A DNA stretch of 64,000 nt, from the NCBI GenBank assembly GCA_041750285.1, contig JBGSZS010000020.1:1-64000 (forward strand), in the 5' to 3' direction. Under the pieces are notes generated by a model that made no database searches, was not told the DNA's origin, and saw nothing but the letters and a program-made list of their open reading frames with translations. How positions within the stretch are numbered: the first letter of the stretch is position 1; each line of letters begins with the position of its first letter. The DNA comes from Candidatus Fermentibacteraceae bacterium. Its GTDB lineage: Bacteria; Fermentibacterota; Fermentibacteria; Fermentibacterales; JCC-6. Shown in pieces: positions 29,862-39,641 of this stretch. Made by a program: the position numbers and the translations under genes.

Positions 29862-30426
29862 ACAACCCCTTTTCCCGTATATATGACCTGACCCCGTCAC
29901 TTACAAGGTATCTGATGCTTTTCCCCTCCGAAACCCGGCTCCTGATAATGGACGAGGAAAGCCAGACCCCGGGAAAGCTGAACAGGCGAACCGAATCGAG
30001 GTAGACCGGGGCGATTCCCGCGGTGGAGAACCCCGGGCGTGTCCCGACCACCACGCATGCCTCCTCCAGAATGGTAAGGGGATCCCTCCAGGATGCCATT
30101 TCCAGAAGACTGTCGAGGCCCATGACAAGACATGGCTTTGCGCCGAAGAGCCCTCTGAGCCTTCGGACAAGGTTGACGGTATACGAGGGTTCATCCTGCG
30201 GTTCCGCATCGAGGATCGAAAAACGGGGGTCACCGGAGATCGAAAGGGAAAGCATCTCACAGCGGATGGCAAAGCTCGAGACCGCCCCTTCAGCCTTGTG
30301 GGGCGGGTTGCGCGCCGGCACGAAACAGACGTGGTCGAGGTTCATGAACCCGAGCGCCTCCTGGGCAAGCACCAGGTGACCCATATGGGGCGGATCGAAG
30401 GTGCCTCCCAGAAAGCCTCTTGTCAT
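29827..30426 (-). CDS. nadD: Nicotinate-nucleotide adenylyltransferase
   Basis: GGTFDPPHMGH, PPHK, SYT, MGLDS...[15 protein letters not shown]. Confidence 0.95.
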   Translation of the reverse strand: MTRGFLGGTFDPPHMGHLVLAQEALGFMNLDHVCFVPARNPPHKAEGAVSSFAIRCEMLSLSISGDPRFSILDAEPQDEPSYTVNLVRRLRGLFGAKPCLVMGLDSLLEMASWRDPLTILEEACVVVGTRPGFSTAGIAPVYLDSVRLFSFPGVWLSSSIIRSRVSEGKSIRYLVSDGVRSYIREKGLYGSGKGDRSDS

Positions 30427-31169
30427 TGGTCCTCCGAGAGGCTCTCCTCCACCCTGGTCAGCTGGGCCGGGGTGAGTTCGCATTCGTCCCTGGCCCTGCG
30501 GTAGTAGCTTCGCGCCGAGAATGAGTTGCCCATGGCGAGGTAGGCATCGCCAATGGTGAGCAGAAGTTCGGCCCTGCATGAGGCCTGGGGATGGTCTTCA
30601 AGGGCTTCCCTGAGGTAGAGGATCGCTGCTTCGGGTTTGTCTCGCCGGAGATAGAAGCGGCCGGTGTCAAGGGCGCGAAGGGCCAGGTGTTCGTCAACCA
30701 CTCCGAGCAGTTCGATGGCCTGACCCATGAGATCGGACCCCGGGTAGCGGTCGATGAACGTCTGAAGCTCTTCCCGGGCCCTCAGAACGGGGGCCGGATC
30801 GCGCCTGTGGTCGCGCCGCTGCCGCCACATGGTCTCGGCGAGGGCAAGCTGGGCATCGTCGGCCCATGCTCCGCTGGGGAATTCGTTCACCACCCTGAAA
30901 AAGTTGAACTCGGCATCGGCCCAGAGACGCATCTCACGGTCGCAGACGGCCCCTCGGAAAAGGAACAGGTCGTAGAGCTCGTCACCCGGAAAGCGGAACT
31001 GCATTTCCGTGTAGATCAACGAAGCCTGCGCCCAGGCGCCGCTTTCGAAATGACTGTCGGCCAGCCCGATCATCCCGTCCCGGGTCATGCCGGTTGTTGA
31101 GACGGATGTCCCACAGGACGAAAGCGCCGAAAGGATGCCGACCAGCAGGAAACAAAGCTTTCTGTTCAT
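30423..31169 (-). CDS. bamD: Outer membrane protein assembly factor BamD-like lipoprotein
   Basis: Lipobox LSSC, TPR helices, F..RYP.S, GRFYL; next to nadD. Confidence 0.82.
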   Translation of the reverse strand: MNRKLCFLLVGILSALSSCGTSVSTTGMTRDGMIGLADSHFESGAWAQASLIYTEMQFRFPGDELYDLFLFRGAVCDREMRLWADAEFNFFRVVNEFPSGAWADDAQLALAETMWRQRRDHRRDPAPVLRAREELQTFIDRYPGSDLMGQAIELLGVVDEHLALRALDTGRFYLRRDKPEAAILYLREALEDHPQASCRAELLLTIGDAYLAMGNSFSARSYYRRARDECELTPAQLTRVEESLSEDQ

Positions 31170-32188
31170 TCAACTCCTAAAGGTGTTACGAAGTACCTGA
31201 GGGAATCCCTGCGGGCAGCCGCCGTGATGGCCGACTGGGAGGTCAGCCCCGGTGAGACCTGACATGCCCTTGTATACCAGAGAAGGGCGGTCCGGGCGTC
31301 GCCGGCACCCTGGGCCATCTCTCCCAGAAGCACCGCGGCATCGACACGGACACCCGTGAAACTGGAGCTCCACACTTCCATCAGCCTCTCCCTGGCCATT
31401 GCAGTCTGACCCTGTTCAAGGTCGGCGCGGGCGGATCGGAGGAGCAGTTCCATCCTTCTGTGCCTCCAGCCCGGTTCGATCGAGCCCAGCCGGTCAAGTT
31501 CGGTGAGGACCTCGAGCTCATCGCTCCAGCGGGAGGGAGCGTACTGCATAAGTCTTGCAGTGGCTTCGAGCCTGGGGGTCCTGAGGTCGGTCCTGACCAG
31601 TGGGATCCTGTCCAGCTCGACAAGGTGTATCTCCGCATGGAAGGAGAGGATGCTGTCTTCCAGCTGGGTTCCGACAAGTGAATCGGGAACGGCCGAGACC
31701 GTTGACAGGTGCCAGGCAGCGAAGGTTCCCCTTAGAAGCCACTCCTCCTCGAAGACCCCGGCGAGGTCGGGGCAGACGCCGACGGCGGCGCCGAAAGCGT
31801 TGTAGGCCTGAAGGGAATCGGCGTCCCGCGCCATCTCCCATCCCAGCCTTCGCCAGAGCTCACCAATCTCTCTGGGTTCCACGGCCCCCGGCGTTTCGGT
31901 GAGAACCTGCAGCGCTTCCAGAGCTTTCTGTCTTGAGGACCTGTTCCTGTCCGCCTGGGCGGAGAGAACAGCAGCCTCGGCGTACTCGAGCTGAAGAAGG
32001 GGATCGTACTCCGATGCGAGCGACAATGCCTCGCCGTAAAACACCATGGCCTGTTCATACTGGCCTGATGACATGAGGGTCCGGGCCTGCTGAAGCAGGT
32101 CGCCCTGATCACCTGATGCCCCCGTGTCACAACCTGTAGCGCAGAGCATCAGGACAAGCGATGCAAGAAGGGGGGATCGACGCATCAA
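31166..32188 (-). CDS. TPR-like hypothetical lipoprotein
   Basis: Lipobox-like ATGC; helical repeats GQYEQAMVFY, ALLWYTRAC. Confidence 0.65.
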   Translation of the reverse strand: MMRRSPLLASLVLMLCATGCDTGASGDQGDLLQQARTLMSSGQYEQAMVFYGEALSLASEYDPLLQLEYAEAAVLSAQADRNRSSRQKALEALQVLTETPGAVEPREIGELWRRLGWEMARDADSLQAYNAFGAAVGVCPDLAGVFEEEWLLRGTFAAWHLSTVSAVPDSLVGTQLEDSILSFHAEIHLVELDRIPLVRTDLRTPRLEATARLMQYAPSRWSDELEVLTELDRLGSIEPGWRHRRMELLLRSARADLEQGQTAMARERLMEVWSSSFTGVRVDAAVLLGEMAQGAGDARTALLWYTRACQVSPGLTSQSAITAAARRDSLRYFVTPLGVE

Positions 32189-32769
32189 TCAGCCCTGCTG
32201 GAGTAGAACAGATAGATCAGCGCAGCAACAACACCAGTCACCACAACCGGTTCGAGAACCTTGTTGCCCGACCCGGCCGGGACCGTGTCGTTCGCCCACA
32301 ACTCGGTCCGATGCTCGAAGAGCTGCTGGTCGTCCGGTGAGACTGTGTCCTGTACGAGGCCTTCAGTCCGCCACGTGTCGACGACTGTTCCGTTCTCGTC
32401 GAGAAGTGATATGGCAAGGCTGCACACAGCCGATCTCGGCATCCTGCGTGAGCCGAGGAACCATGAGCGCTCGATCTCGCCGTACACCACTCCCAGCTGC
32501 ATCGGACGAACCATGAGCTGTGAACCCGTCCTGTCAGTTCTCTCCGCGGTGACCCCTATACCGTTCTCGGACAGAAGGTTCGTAAGGGCCTGAACGACAA
32601 GCCAGCCCCCCTCGTGACCGCCTTCGACGGTTATGAAAAGGCTTTCGGTGCCCCTGAGCGAGAGGGCGTCAGCCACCGGCGCAACCGCCTGAAAAACGGC
32701 CTGCTCGGTCAACTCAAGGTTTCCCTGAACCCCGGTAAGGGTTGCGAGGACCAGCGCGAAGAACATCAT
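32185..32769 (-). CDS. Hypothetical exported protein with C-terminal TM anchor
   Basis: Signal peptide; C-terminal LEPVVVTGVVAALIYLFYSSR; stop overlaps next start. Confidence 0.7.
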   Translation of the reverse strand: MMFFALVLATLTGVQGNLELTEQAVFQAVAPVADALSLRGTESLFITVEGGHEGGWLVVQALTNLLSENGIGVTAERTDRTGSQLMVRPMQLGVVYGEIERSWFLGSRRMPRSAVCSLAISLLDENGTVVDTWRTEGLVQDTVSPDDQQLFEHRTELWANDTVPAGSGNKVLEPVVVTGVVAALIYLFYSSRAD

Positions 32770-32821
32770 TCGGGTACCCTTCCTTCAGAGTGATTGCCAC
32801 GATCATCGCAGGAATATAGGT

Positions 32822-34066
32822 TCATTCCGCTTTATCGACTACCATTTCCGAGCTTGAGCCGCTGACAAGCGAGCACATCACTACTGAACCCGGAACGACG
32901 GGGCTCGTGAACGTTGCCTGAAGGTCGGCCTCGGGAGCGTCGTAGAAAGAGTGTCCGGTGCGGGAGGTGTCAGCCATCACGGGAAACCGTTCTCCCGACA
33001 GCCTTTCCGCCCAGGAATGGTAGATGCTCTCCCCAAGCGATGAAAGTGCGGAAAGCCTCTCCATCGTCTTGTGTTCAGGTACAGTGTCACCCTGACGGGC
33101 AGCCCTCTCATACTCGGGTGTGCCCTCTTCGGGCCACCAGGGAAACGCGGCGATGTGCCTGATGGAAGGGTATCCCCCCAGGAACCGCTCGAGACTGTGA
33201 AAGTCTTCATCGGTCTCGCCGGGGTACCCGGTTATCACGGTAACCCTCACCGCCACCAACCTGGAGAGGCCTTCTATGGCATTCATGATACTCGTGAGCC
33301 TGTCGGGGCCGTAGCCCCTCCCCATTCTCCCAAGCACCTGAGCTGATGCGTGCTGGATCGGCAGGTCGAGGTAGGGCGCCAGATTGTGTCTGGACTCGAA
33401 AAGCCCTGGCAGTTCGGCCGGGAAGTGCGCTGGATGAACGTAGTAGAGCCTGAACCAGACCCCGGGGTGCAGGCCGGTCACACGGTCGAGAATACCCGCG
33501 AGTTCCGGATGAGCGCCGGAATCCTGGGCAACCAGCCCCACCTCTCCGGCTCCCTGCCCGACGACAAGGTTCACCGCATCAACCACCCGTTCTGAATCGA
33601 CGGGGCTGAAGGCCCCCCTGATGAGTGGAATGGTGCAGTAACTGCACCTGTTGCTGCAGCCTTCGGCGATCTTGACGAACCTGTAAACGCCGCTCCCGGT
33701 CTGACTTGTGATGCAGCTCTCCGCTCCCAGCCAGCGTGCGAGACGGTCATGCTGGCCCGGACCGATCACCAGATCGATCTCTTCGAGACCTCCGCTTCCG
33801 TCATCCGCATACCTTCCGGGAAGACAACCCGCGAGCACTACGTGCCGGCCTTCGCCCGAAGCCTTCCAGTCCAGAAGTTCGCCGAGTCTTTCAAGGCTCT
33901 CCTCCACGGCGGGTTTTATGAACGCGCAGGTGTTCAGGATCAGAAGGTCGGCTCTGCCGGGGTCCTTCCTCAGGCGGAGACCAGCCCTGAGGCACACACT
34001 CGAAAGGATCTCGGAGTCAACCTGATTCTTCGGGCAGCCCAGGGTGATCACGTGAAAGCTCTTCAA
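32822..34066 (-). CDS. rimO: Ribosomal protein S12 methylthiotransferase RimO
   Basis: LGCPKNQVDSE, NTCAFI, GCL, KIAEGCSNRCSYCTIP, YLDLPIQHAS, ITGYPGET, APEAD. Confidence 0.92.
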   Translation of the reverse strand: MKSFHVITLGCPKNQVDSEILSSVCLRAGLRLRKDPGRADLLILNTCAFIKPAVEESLERLGELLDWKASGEGRHVVLAGCLPGRYADDGSGGLEEIDLVIGPGQHDRLARWLGAESCITSQTGSGVYRFVKIAEGCSNRCSYCTIPLIRGAFSPVDSERVVDAVNLVVGQGAGEVGLVAQDSGAHPELAGILDRVTGLHPGVWFRLYYVHPAHFPAELPGLFESRHNLAPYLDLPIQHASAQVLGRMGRGYGPDRLTSIMNAIEGLSRLVAVRVTVITGYPGETDEDFHSLERFLGGYPSIRHIAAFPWWPEEGTPEYERAARQGDTVPEHKTMERLSALSSLGESIYHSWAERLSGERFPVMADTSRTGHSFYDAPEADLQATFTSPVVPGSVVMCSLVSGSSSEMVVDKAE

Positions 34067-34639
34067 TCAGTCCCCGCCCGAAACGACAGAGAAACCGTCG
34101 GGGACCTCAAGATCGAAAAAGCTCCCGGGGATGGTTCCGTGAACCTCGAGACCGCTGAGCGACCATACCGTCTCATTGCCGTTCACGTCCGACGTTGCGA
34201 ACGTAACGGGAAGTGAATCCGACAGGGAGTAGCAGACATCCATGGCGGACAGCCCGCCCCCGAGATCGCCGCGGACGGATACGGTGACCATTCCGGCCCT
34301 GCTGGTTCCCTCGATGACCATGCCGTCACCATCTGCCCTGTTCAACAGGTGCAGGAACCCCTCGGGATTCGATTCACCGTAGACTATGACTTCGCCATTG
34401 AGCGGTTCGATGGTGAAGACCTGAATCCCGTCGCAGCCGGTAACCCTGCCCGGGGGATCCGCATACTCCAGCCTGAAGAGGTTCGGATGGGCCAGGCCCA
34501 GTGAGCCCGTTGTCGACTCTGTTTCCCTTGTAAGGGCCCATGTTTCGGTCTGGATGAATTCACCCGTGAGAAAAACGGTATTCGCAAGCTTCGAGGTAAG
34601 AGGATCCAGAAGACCCGCGATGACAAGCAGAATCAGCAT
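34067..34639 (-). CDS. lolA: LolA-like outer membrane lipoprotein carrier
   Basis: EFIQT, G.L....PNLFRLEY, CDG..V..EP, D.NGNET; located in ftsK-rimO cluster. Confidence 0.72.
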   Translation of the reverse strand: MLILLVIAGLLDPLTSKLANTVFLTGEFIQTETWALTRETESTTGSLGLAHPNLFRLEYADPPGRVTGCDGIQVFTIEPLNGEVIVYGESNPEGFLHLLNRADGDGMVIEGTSRAGMVTVSVRGDLGGGLSAMDVCYSLSDSLPVTFATSDVNGNETVWSLSGLEVHGTIPGSFFDLEVPDGFSVVSGGD

Positions 34640-34666
34640 CGGAAAAACCCCTCCAGGTTCCTTCGG

Positions 34667-35278
34667 TTATTCAAGTACCGCGTCCGTGCCCACTACGATC
34701 ATCACACCGCCGCAACCCGGTTCAACGGCATCTATAAGCCCGCCGCCGCCCTGATGTTCCACCACTTGCGGCCTGAAGAGCCAGAGACTGAGCGAATCGG
34801 CAAGCATCCCCGCAACGGCATCGTAACCCTGCCTGTGGAGTACGACTGTCACTTCGGGTGCGTCCGGGTCGAAGACTGTGTTCACGGAACACCCGAGAAG
34901 GGTCAGTCTGCCGGCAACCCATTCCATCACCGGTCTTCCCGCGGACTGGCCCACAACAGTCACCGCAAGGCCCCTGAACTCCTCGGGAAGCGGAATCCCA
35001 TCCTCTCCCCCTTCGCCTTCGCGAAGTTCGCCGTCTATCCGTCTGACCGCGAGCCTCGCGTCATCGGCCAGGGGCGAGTCCGAAAACCTGTAGACGACCC
35101 CGTTGAACTCCTCGCGGGAAGCGGAGAGACTTCCCCTGAAATAGAGCTGCGCCGCCCTGGCAAATTGACCGGGGGCTGAAGCGTCGGCCACCAGTCCGTC
35201 CTGGTCGGTCCCTTCGGCCGCCCCCCCGCAGGAGAGCGCAAGAAGAATTGTCAGGGAACAGAGAAGCATGATTCTCAT
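34667..35278 (-). CDS. Lipoprotein with BamD/YfiO-like TPR and probable LytR_C-like C-terminal domain
   Basis: Lipobox ALSC; F..VV.RF.DSPLA.DA; VTVVG....VA..L...G..V, TVV.H..GY..VA..LA, MIVVG.D. Confidence 0.6.
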   Translation of the reverse strand: MRIMLLCSLTILLALSCGGAAEGTDQDGLVADASAPGQFARAAQLYFRGSLSASREEFNGVVYRFSDSPLADDARLAVRRIDGELREGEGGEDGIPLPEEFRGLAVTVVGQSAGRPVMEWVAGRLTLLGCSVNTVFDPDAPEVTVVLHRQGYDAVAGMLADSLSLWLFRPQVVEHQGGGGLIDAVEPGCGGVMIVVGTDAVLE

Positions 35279-35291
35279 CTGGACTCGTCTC

Positions 35292-37523
35292 CTATTCATC
35301 ATCAGACAGAACGGGGCCTGAATCGGGCTTCTGAAGAACCTCGCGCGCCTTGCTTCCGCAGTAGGGGCCCACGACTCCGGTCTGCTCCAGCATCTCGAGC
35401 AGCCGGGCCGCCCTGGTGTATCCAACCTTCAAACGCCTCTGCAGAAGCGAAGCCGAGCCCCTCTGGTAGGTCACAACGACCCTTCTGGCTTCCTCCAGAA
35501 GCGGATCGTCGAGGGAAAGGTCTCCCGTCACGTCGGATCCGTTCTGCTCATCGTCGCCGGGTTCGTAATCGTACGGCATGTGCGGCTGCGCCTTCCAGAA
35601 GACGACCAGTTCCTTTATCTCGCGGGAAGAGACGAATGAGCCGTGAACCCTCACGGGATCGGGAGCCCCCGCAGGCATGAAGAGCATGTCGCCCTGCCCG
35701 AGAAGCTTTTCGGCGCCGTTCATGTCGAGGATCGTTCTCGAATCGGTCTTGGATTTCACATTGAAGGCAATTCTCGACGGAAAGTTGGCCTTGATCATAC
35801 CCGTGATGACATCGACCGAAGGACGCTGGGTTGCAACCACCAGGTGAATCCCCACTGCCCTGGCCTTCTGGGCGAGCCTTGCGATCGGCTGCTCTATGTC
35901 GTTGCCGAGAACCATTCTCAGGTCGGCGAGCTCGTCGATGACCGCCACGATGGAAGGCATGGTGTCCGGCGTCTCGGTGGAATCCTCGGTTCCACGCCCG
36001 GCACGGTCGGCAAGGATCGCGCTCCTTATGTTGCCGTTGTACTCGTCAATGGACCTTACGCCCTGGCGGGTGAGCAGCGCGTACCTGTCCTCCATCTCCC
36101 TTACGAGCCTGTCCAGAAGAGCCTTGGCCCGCTGGGGATTGAGGACCACCGGAGCCCACAGGTGCGGCACGCCCTCATAGATGGAAAGTTCGAGCATTTT
36201 GGGATCGACCAGTGCAAGTCTCACCTGACTCGGGGTTCTGGTCATGAGTATGGACGTAAGGATGGAATGGATGCAAATGCTCTTGCCGCTTCCGGTCGCG
36301 CCGGCTATCAGCAGGTGGGGCATGTCGGCTATATCAACCACAAGGGGTTTTCCCTCGGCATTCTTGCCAAGGGCAACGGGTATCCTTTCGTTCTCCACCG
36401 AGACCAGGACCTCGCGAAGGTAGACCATTTCCGGGTTCTTGTTGGGCACTTCGATCCCCACGGTGCCCTTCCCGGGAATGGGCGCAAGTATCCTTATCCG
36501 CTTGGCAGCCAGCGCAAGCGCCAGGTCATCGGCCATGTTCACTATCCTGTTGACCTTCACCCCAAGACCCGGCGTCAGTTCATACCTGGTCAGCACCGGG
36601 CCTGCGCAGACCGTGCTCTCAAGACGGCACTCGATGCCGAAATCACCCAGTTTCTCCACAAGGGTGGCGCCCCGTTCCTGAATCTCCCTGGCGGACTGCC
36701 GTGTCCGCTCACCTGGAACGGGCATTTTAAGGCACTCGATGTCCGGAAGGGTGTATGCCGTCTCATCCCTGTCACCTGGCTCGGGCTGAACCGGCGCCTT
36801 TGTCTGCACCTTCGGACGGGGGGCCGTCCGTGCCGGCTCCGCTTCGGGTGTTTCGCGGAAAGGTTCCGGACGCGGGGAATCGTGGTAGAGAACCTTGACC
36901 TCGGGTTCGGTTTTGACGGGAACGGTTTCCTTCCGTACCCAGGGGCTGGAAACCGTTTCGGGGATGGGTTCGATGGTTTTGACCGCGACCGGTTTTGGTC
37001 TTCCGGACCGGGTCATCATCCTCCTGAAAAGGTTTTCGAGGTCGGTGCCCATGTCCCACCCCGTCAGGACGGCGACCGACGCGGTAAAGAGAAGGAAAAG
37101 AGCGAGCCATGTCAGGACTCCTCCCATGATCCCCTCGAGAGCCACCACGAGCTTGAGAACGAGCATGCCTCCGGGAAAACCTGCAGCGGAAGGACAAAAG
37201 CGCGCCAGAACGCAGGTGACCGAAGCTGCCAGGAAGAAGAGGGTCAGAAAAACACCGAACGTGATCCGCAACCATCTCGATGCAAAACCAAAACCGATGC
37301 ACAGCGCCCCGAGAAGGAAAATGACCGGCGGCACAAGAAAGGCCAGCAGCCCCACGGCATTCCTGAGTGTGCTTCCCAGAGCAACGAGAAGGCCGGCTCT
37401 GGATGGCGGGAAGGAAACGGCCACGAGAACCGCAAGGGATGCAAAGACCGCCAGAAGGAACGCTATCTTTCCCATCGGGTGGGTTCTGCGCGTCCTGCCC
37501 TTTTTTGCGGGTTTTCTGTTCAT
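35292..37523 (-). CDS. ftsK: DNA translocase FtsK
   Basis: N-terminal TMs, [53 protein letters not shown], gamma domain LQRRLKVGYTRAARL. Confidence 0.97.
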   Translation of the reverse strand: MNRKPAKKGRTRRTHPMGKIAFLLAVFASLAVLVAVSFPPSRAGLLVALGSTLRNAVGLLAFLVPPVIFLLGALCIGFGFASRWLRITFGVFLTLFFLAASVTCVLARFCPSAAGFPGGMLVLKLVVALEGIMGGVLTWLALFLLFTASVAVLTGWDMGTDLENLFRRMMTRSGRPKPVAVKTIEPIPETVSSPWVRKETVPVKTEPEVKVLYHDSPRPEPFRETPEAEPARTAPRPKVQTKAPVQPEPGDRDETAYTLPDIECLKMPVPGERTRQSAREIQERGATLVEKLGDFGIECRLESTVCAGPVLTRYELTPGLGVKVNRIVNMADDLALALAAKRIRILAPIPGKGTVGIEVPNKNPEMVYLREVLVSVENERIPVALGKNAEGKPLVVDIADMPHLLIAGATGSGKSICIHSILTSILMTRTPSQVRLALVDPKMLELSIYEGVPHLWAPVVLNPQRAKALLDRLVREMEDRYALLTRQGVRSIDEYNGNIRSAILADRAGRGTEDSTETPDTMPSIVAVIDELADLRMVLGNDIEQPIARLAQKARAVGIHLVVATQRPSVDVITGMIKANFPSRIAFNVKSKTDSRTILDMNGAEKLLGQGDMLFMPAGAPDPVRVHGSFVSSREIKELVVFWKAQPHMPYDYEPGDDEQNGSDVTGDLSLDDPLLEEARRVVVTYQRGSASLLQRRLKVGYTRAARLLEMLEQTGVVGPYCGSKAREVLQKPDSGPVLSDDE

Positions 37524-38050
37524 ATGCGCCTGACCGACCTTCCGTCCGGGCCTGCGGGAAAGAGGGAATCGGGCTTCTGTGCTCCGTCAACGCTGTAGGC
37601 GTAGTGCAGGAGCTGTCCGGAGTGAAGGGATATCTCGGCGACCCAGCTTCCGTCGGGCAGCTTCTGCATCGGGTTGACCACGGGGTTCCAGCCGTTCCAG
37701 TCGCCCACCACTGAAACCCTGCGTGCTCCGGGGTGCCCGAGGCACAGGAACTCGACTACGGTTCTTTCGGAAAGCCCCTTGTGAACTGCATCCTTCAGGT
37801 CATCGTAAGGGCGGAACACCGGTTTGACACGGGGCGGTATCTCCATCACGCCACCCTGACCGGGGTTCCTTGCCCTCCGCAACTTCCCCTTCTTCGTGGT
37901 GAAGCAGCCGAATCCCCTGAGAAACACGCTTTCACCGGCACAAAGCCTTTCCGTGATGATCGAGAGCAGAACGACGGTAAGCGACTGCACCTCGCGAACG
38001 GTGAGTCCCGTTCGTCTCGCAGCCTCCCGTGCAAGTTCCTCGCGCGTCAA
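37520..38050 (-). CDS. HU/IHF family DNA-binding protein fused to a C-terminal CBM48/AMPK-like (isoamylase early-set) glycogen-binding domain
   Basis: TREELA..A..TGL, GESVFLRGFGCF, ARNP...MEIPP..KPVFRP then PGARRVSVVGDWNGWNP..NPM.K..DGSW..EI.L..G...Y.Y.VDG; TTG 38050 (ORF also open from ATG 38083). Confidence 0.85.
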   Translation of the reverse strand: MTREELAREAARRTGLTVREVQSLTVVLLSIITERLCAGESVFLRGFGCFTTKKGKLRRARNPGQGGVMEIPPRVKPVFRPYDDLKDAVHKGLSERTVVEFLCLGHPGARRVSVVGDWNGWNPVVNPMQKLPDGSWVAEISLHSGQLLHYAYSVDGAQKPDSLFPAGPDGRSVRRI

Positions 38051-38122
38051 GCCGTCACCCCCCCGGATTGGGTATCTACTCATGCCATGAAGTTTTGAAT
38101 ATAGTCATAACCGGGGGGGAAG

Positions 38123-38671
38123 GTGCAGGGTCAGAACAACATGTGGGACAATATCAAACGGAACATCTGCTTTATCGCGGGCCCGCCGTTTTCGGGCAAG
38201 TCGACTGTCGGCGGCATCCTTGCGATAAGGCTTCGCATCCCGTTCAGAAACCTCGACGATATGATCGAGAAAGCCGCGGGCATGGAAATCCGCGACATTT
38301 TCGGAACCATTGGGGAACGCGGTTTCAGAAGCATTGAATCCAGAAGTCTCAAAGAGATCTCCGACTCCCCGGGACCGCTCGTCGTAGCGCTGGGCGGTGG
38401 AACCCTCCTTTTTCCCGGAAACCTTGAAACTGTCGTGTCGAGGGGGATCCTCGTAACACTCGCCCCGGATGAGACGGAACTCCTGACCCGTTTCGAGCTC
38501 TCCCGGGGACGCCCGCTCGTTCCCGATCACAAGTCACTTGAGGGTCTTCTGAAAGCCCGCCGGAAACACTACGACAGCCTTCCGGGAAGGATCGACACCA
38601 GGGGGAAGACCCCTGAAGAGGTGGCCTCCCTCATCGCTTCGAGCTTTGGTCTTCCTCTGATGCCTCTGTGA
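38123..38671 (+). CDS. aroK: Shikimate kinase
   Basis: GPPFSGKSTVG, LD..IE..AG..I.DIF...GE.GFR..E, VALGGG, RPL, R...Y. Confidence 0.9.
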   Translation: MQGQNNMWDNIKRNICFIAGPPFSGKSTVGGILAIRLRIPFRNLDDMIEKAAGMEIRDIFGTIGERGFRSIESRSLKEISDSPGPLVVALGGGTLLFPGNLETVVSRGILVTLAPDETELLTRFELSRGRPLVPDHKSLEGLLKARRKHYDSLPGRIDTRGKTPEEVASLIASSFGLPLMPL

Positions 38672-39641
38672 GCCCGGCCCTGGCAATCGTCTCCCGTGCG
38701 TGCGACAGCCCCACGAAGAAACGGTTCGTGTAAAGCGTGTAATCATCCCTGAGACGGGGTGGGGTCATGTTCACCGTGATGACGTTGGCACCGGCTTCGA
38801 AACAACGGTACTGCCCGTCGGGCAGAAGCTTCTGAAAGGTGCTGGTGGCGGGGATCAGGGTGTTCCCGAGATAGAGCCGCATTGCAGCGATGAACCTCAG
38901 TCCGAGCTCCGGGTCACCGCAGGGGTGACCGGCAAGAGGGGTGCCCGATGCCGGCATGAAGACCGATACGCTGGACATCTGCACCCCCAGCTCCTTCATG
39001 AGAAGCAGGTCGCCCACCAGGCTTTGGATGGTCTGTCCGGGCAGTCCGAGAAGGGTGCCTGAACCAACGCTGTATCCATGCTTCTGAAGGAGTCTGAGCA
39101 TCCCGATCCGGTCGCTCAGCGTGAAACCCGGTTTCATCCTTGCGAACAGACCGGCGTCGGATGTCTCGTGCTTCAGGATGAACTTGCCCGCGCCGGCGGC
39201 GTGCCAGTCATCGAGATCCTGCGTGTTGTGGAAGCCGACACAGAGGATGACCTCCATTCCCAACCGAGAAATGCGCCCGATCACCTCGGTCAGCCAGCCC
39301 GACTCGTAGGTTTCGCTCTCCGCGGCCTGCAGGAAAAACGTTCTGATCCCGTTCCTGAGGGCGGTTTCGGCGGTCCCGACGATCTCGTCGGCGTCGAGCT
39401 CATACCCCGCGGCGCCCTGATTGCCAAGGCGCATTCCGCAGTAGAGACAGCTGCAACGGCATCTGTTTGCGAACTCGATGACGGCCCTGATGTAGGCTTT
39501 GTCGCCGAAGTGCCGTCTTCTGACCTCGACCGCCTTCTCACGGATCAGCTCGAAATCACTTTCGTCGGATTCCAGAAGGGCCCTGAGATCATCGGGCGAA
39601 AAGCCCTTTTCAAGCCTTTCATCGATCCAGCAGCGTTTCAC
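38631..39641 (-). CDS. HydE-like radical SAM enzyme ([FeFe]-hydrogenase maturase family / BioB-like)
   Basis: IEFANRCRCSCLYCGMR, KHETSD, GSG.LLGLPGQT, F.P..GTPL, IPATS, GANVI..N.TP..LR..YTLY (YxxY). Confidence 0.8.
   Translation of the reverse strand: MKRCWIDERLEKGFSPDDLRALLESDESDFELIREKAVEVRRRHFGDKAYIRAVIEFANRCRCSCLYCGMRLGNQGAAGYELDADEIVGTAETALRNGIRTFFLQAAESETYESGWLTEVIGRISRLGMEVILCVGFHNTQDLDDWHAAGAGKFILKHETSDAGLFARMKPGFTLSDRIGMLRLLQKHGYSVGSGTLLGLPGQTIQSLVGDLLLMKELGVQMSSVSVFMPASGTPLAGHPCGDPELGLRFIAAMRLYLGNTLIPATSTFQKLLPDGQYRCFEAGANVITVNMTPPRLRDDYTLYTNRFFVGLSHARETIARAGLTEASEEDQSSKR

Noticed and set aside
32784..32799. Sigma-54-like TGGCAATCACTCTGAA on the minus strand upstream of the 32769 gene
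   Set aside because: The -12 element is CTGA rather than TTGC and there is little room for an enhancer; too weak to call
35643..37598. 651-aa plus-strand ORF, and similar long antisense ORFs (47016-48461, 55983-57170, 27827-28750, 26928-27815, 4578-5444)
   Set aside because: They lie antisense to well-supported genes, have no recognisable motifs, and are the expected shadow of GC-rich codon usage
38631..39641. Possible PylB (pyrrolysine synthesis) or biotin synthase
   Set aside because: The C-terminal N.TP...R..YxLY and HET motifs fit HydE better, and no pyl or bio genes are in the window
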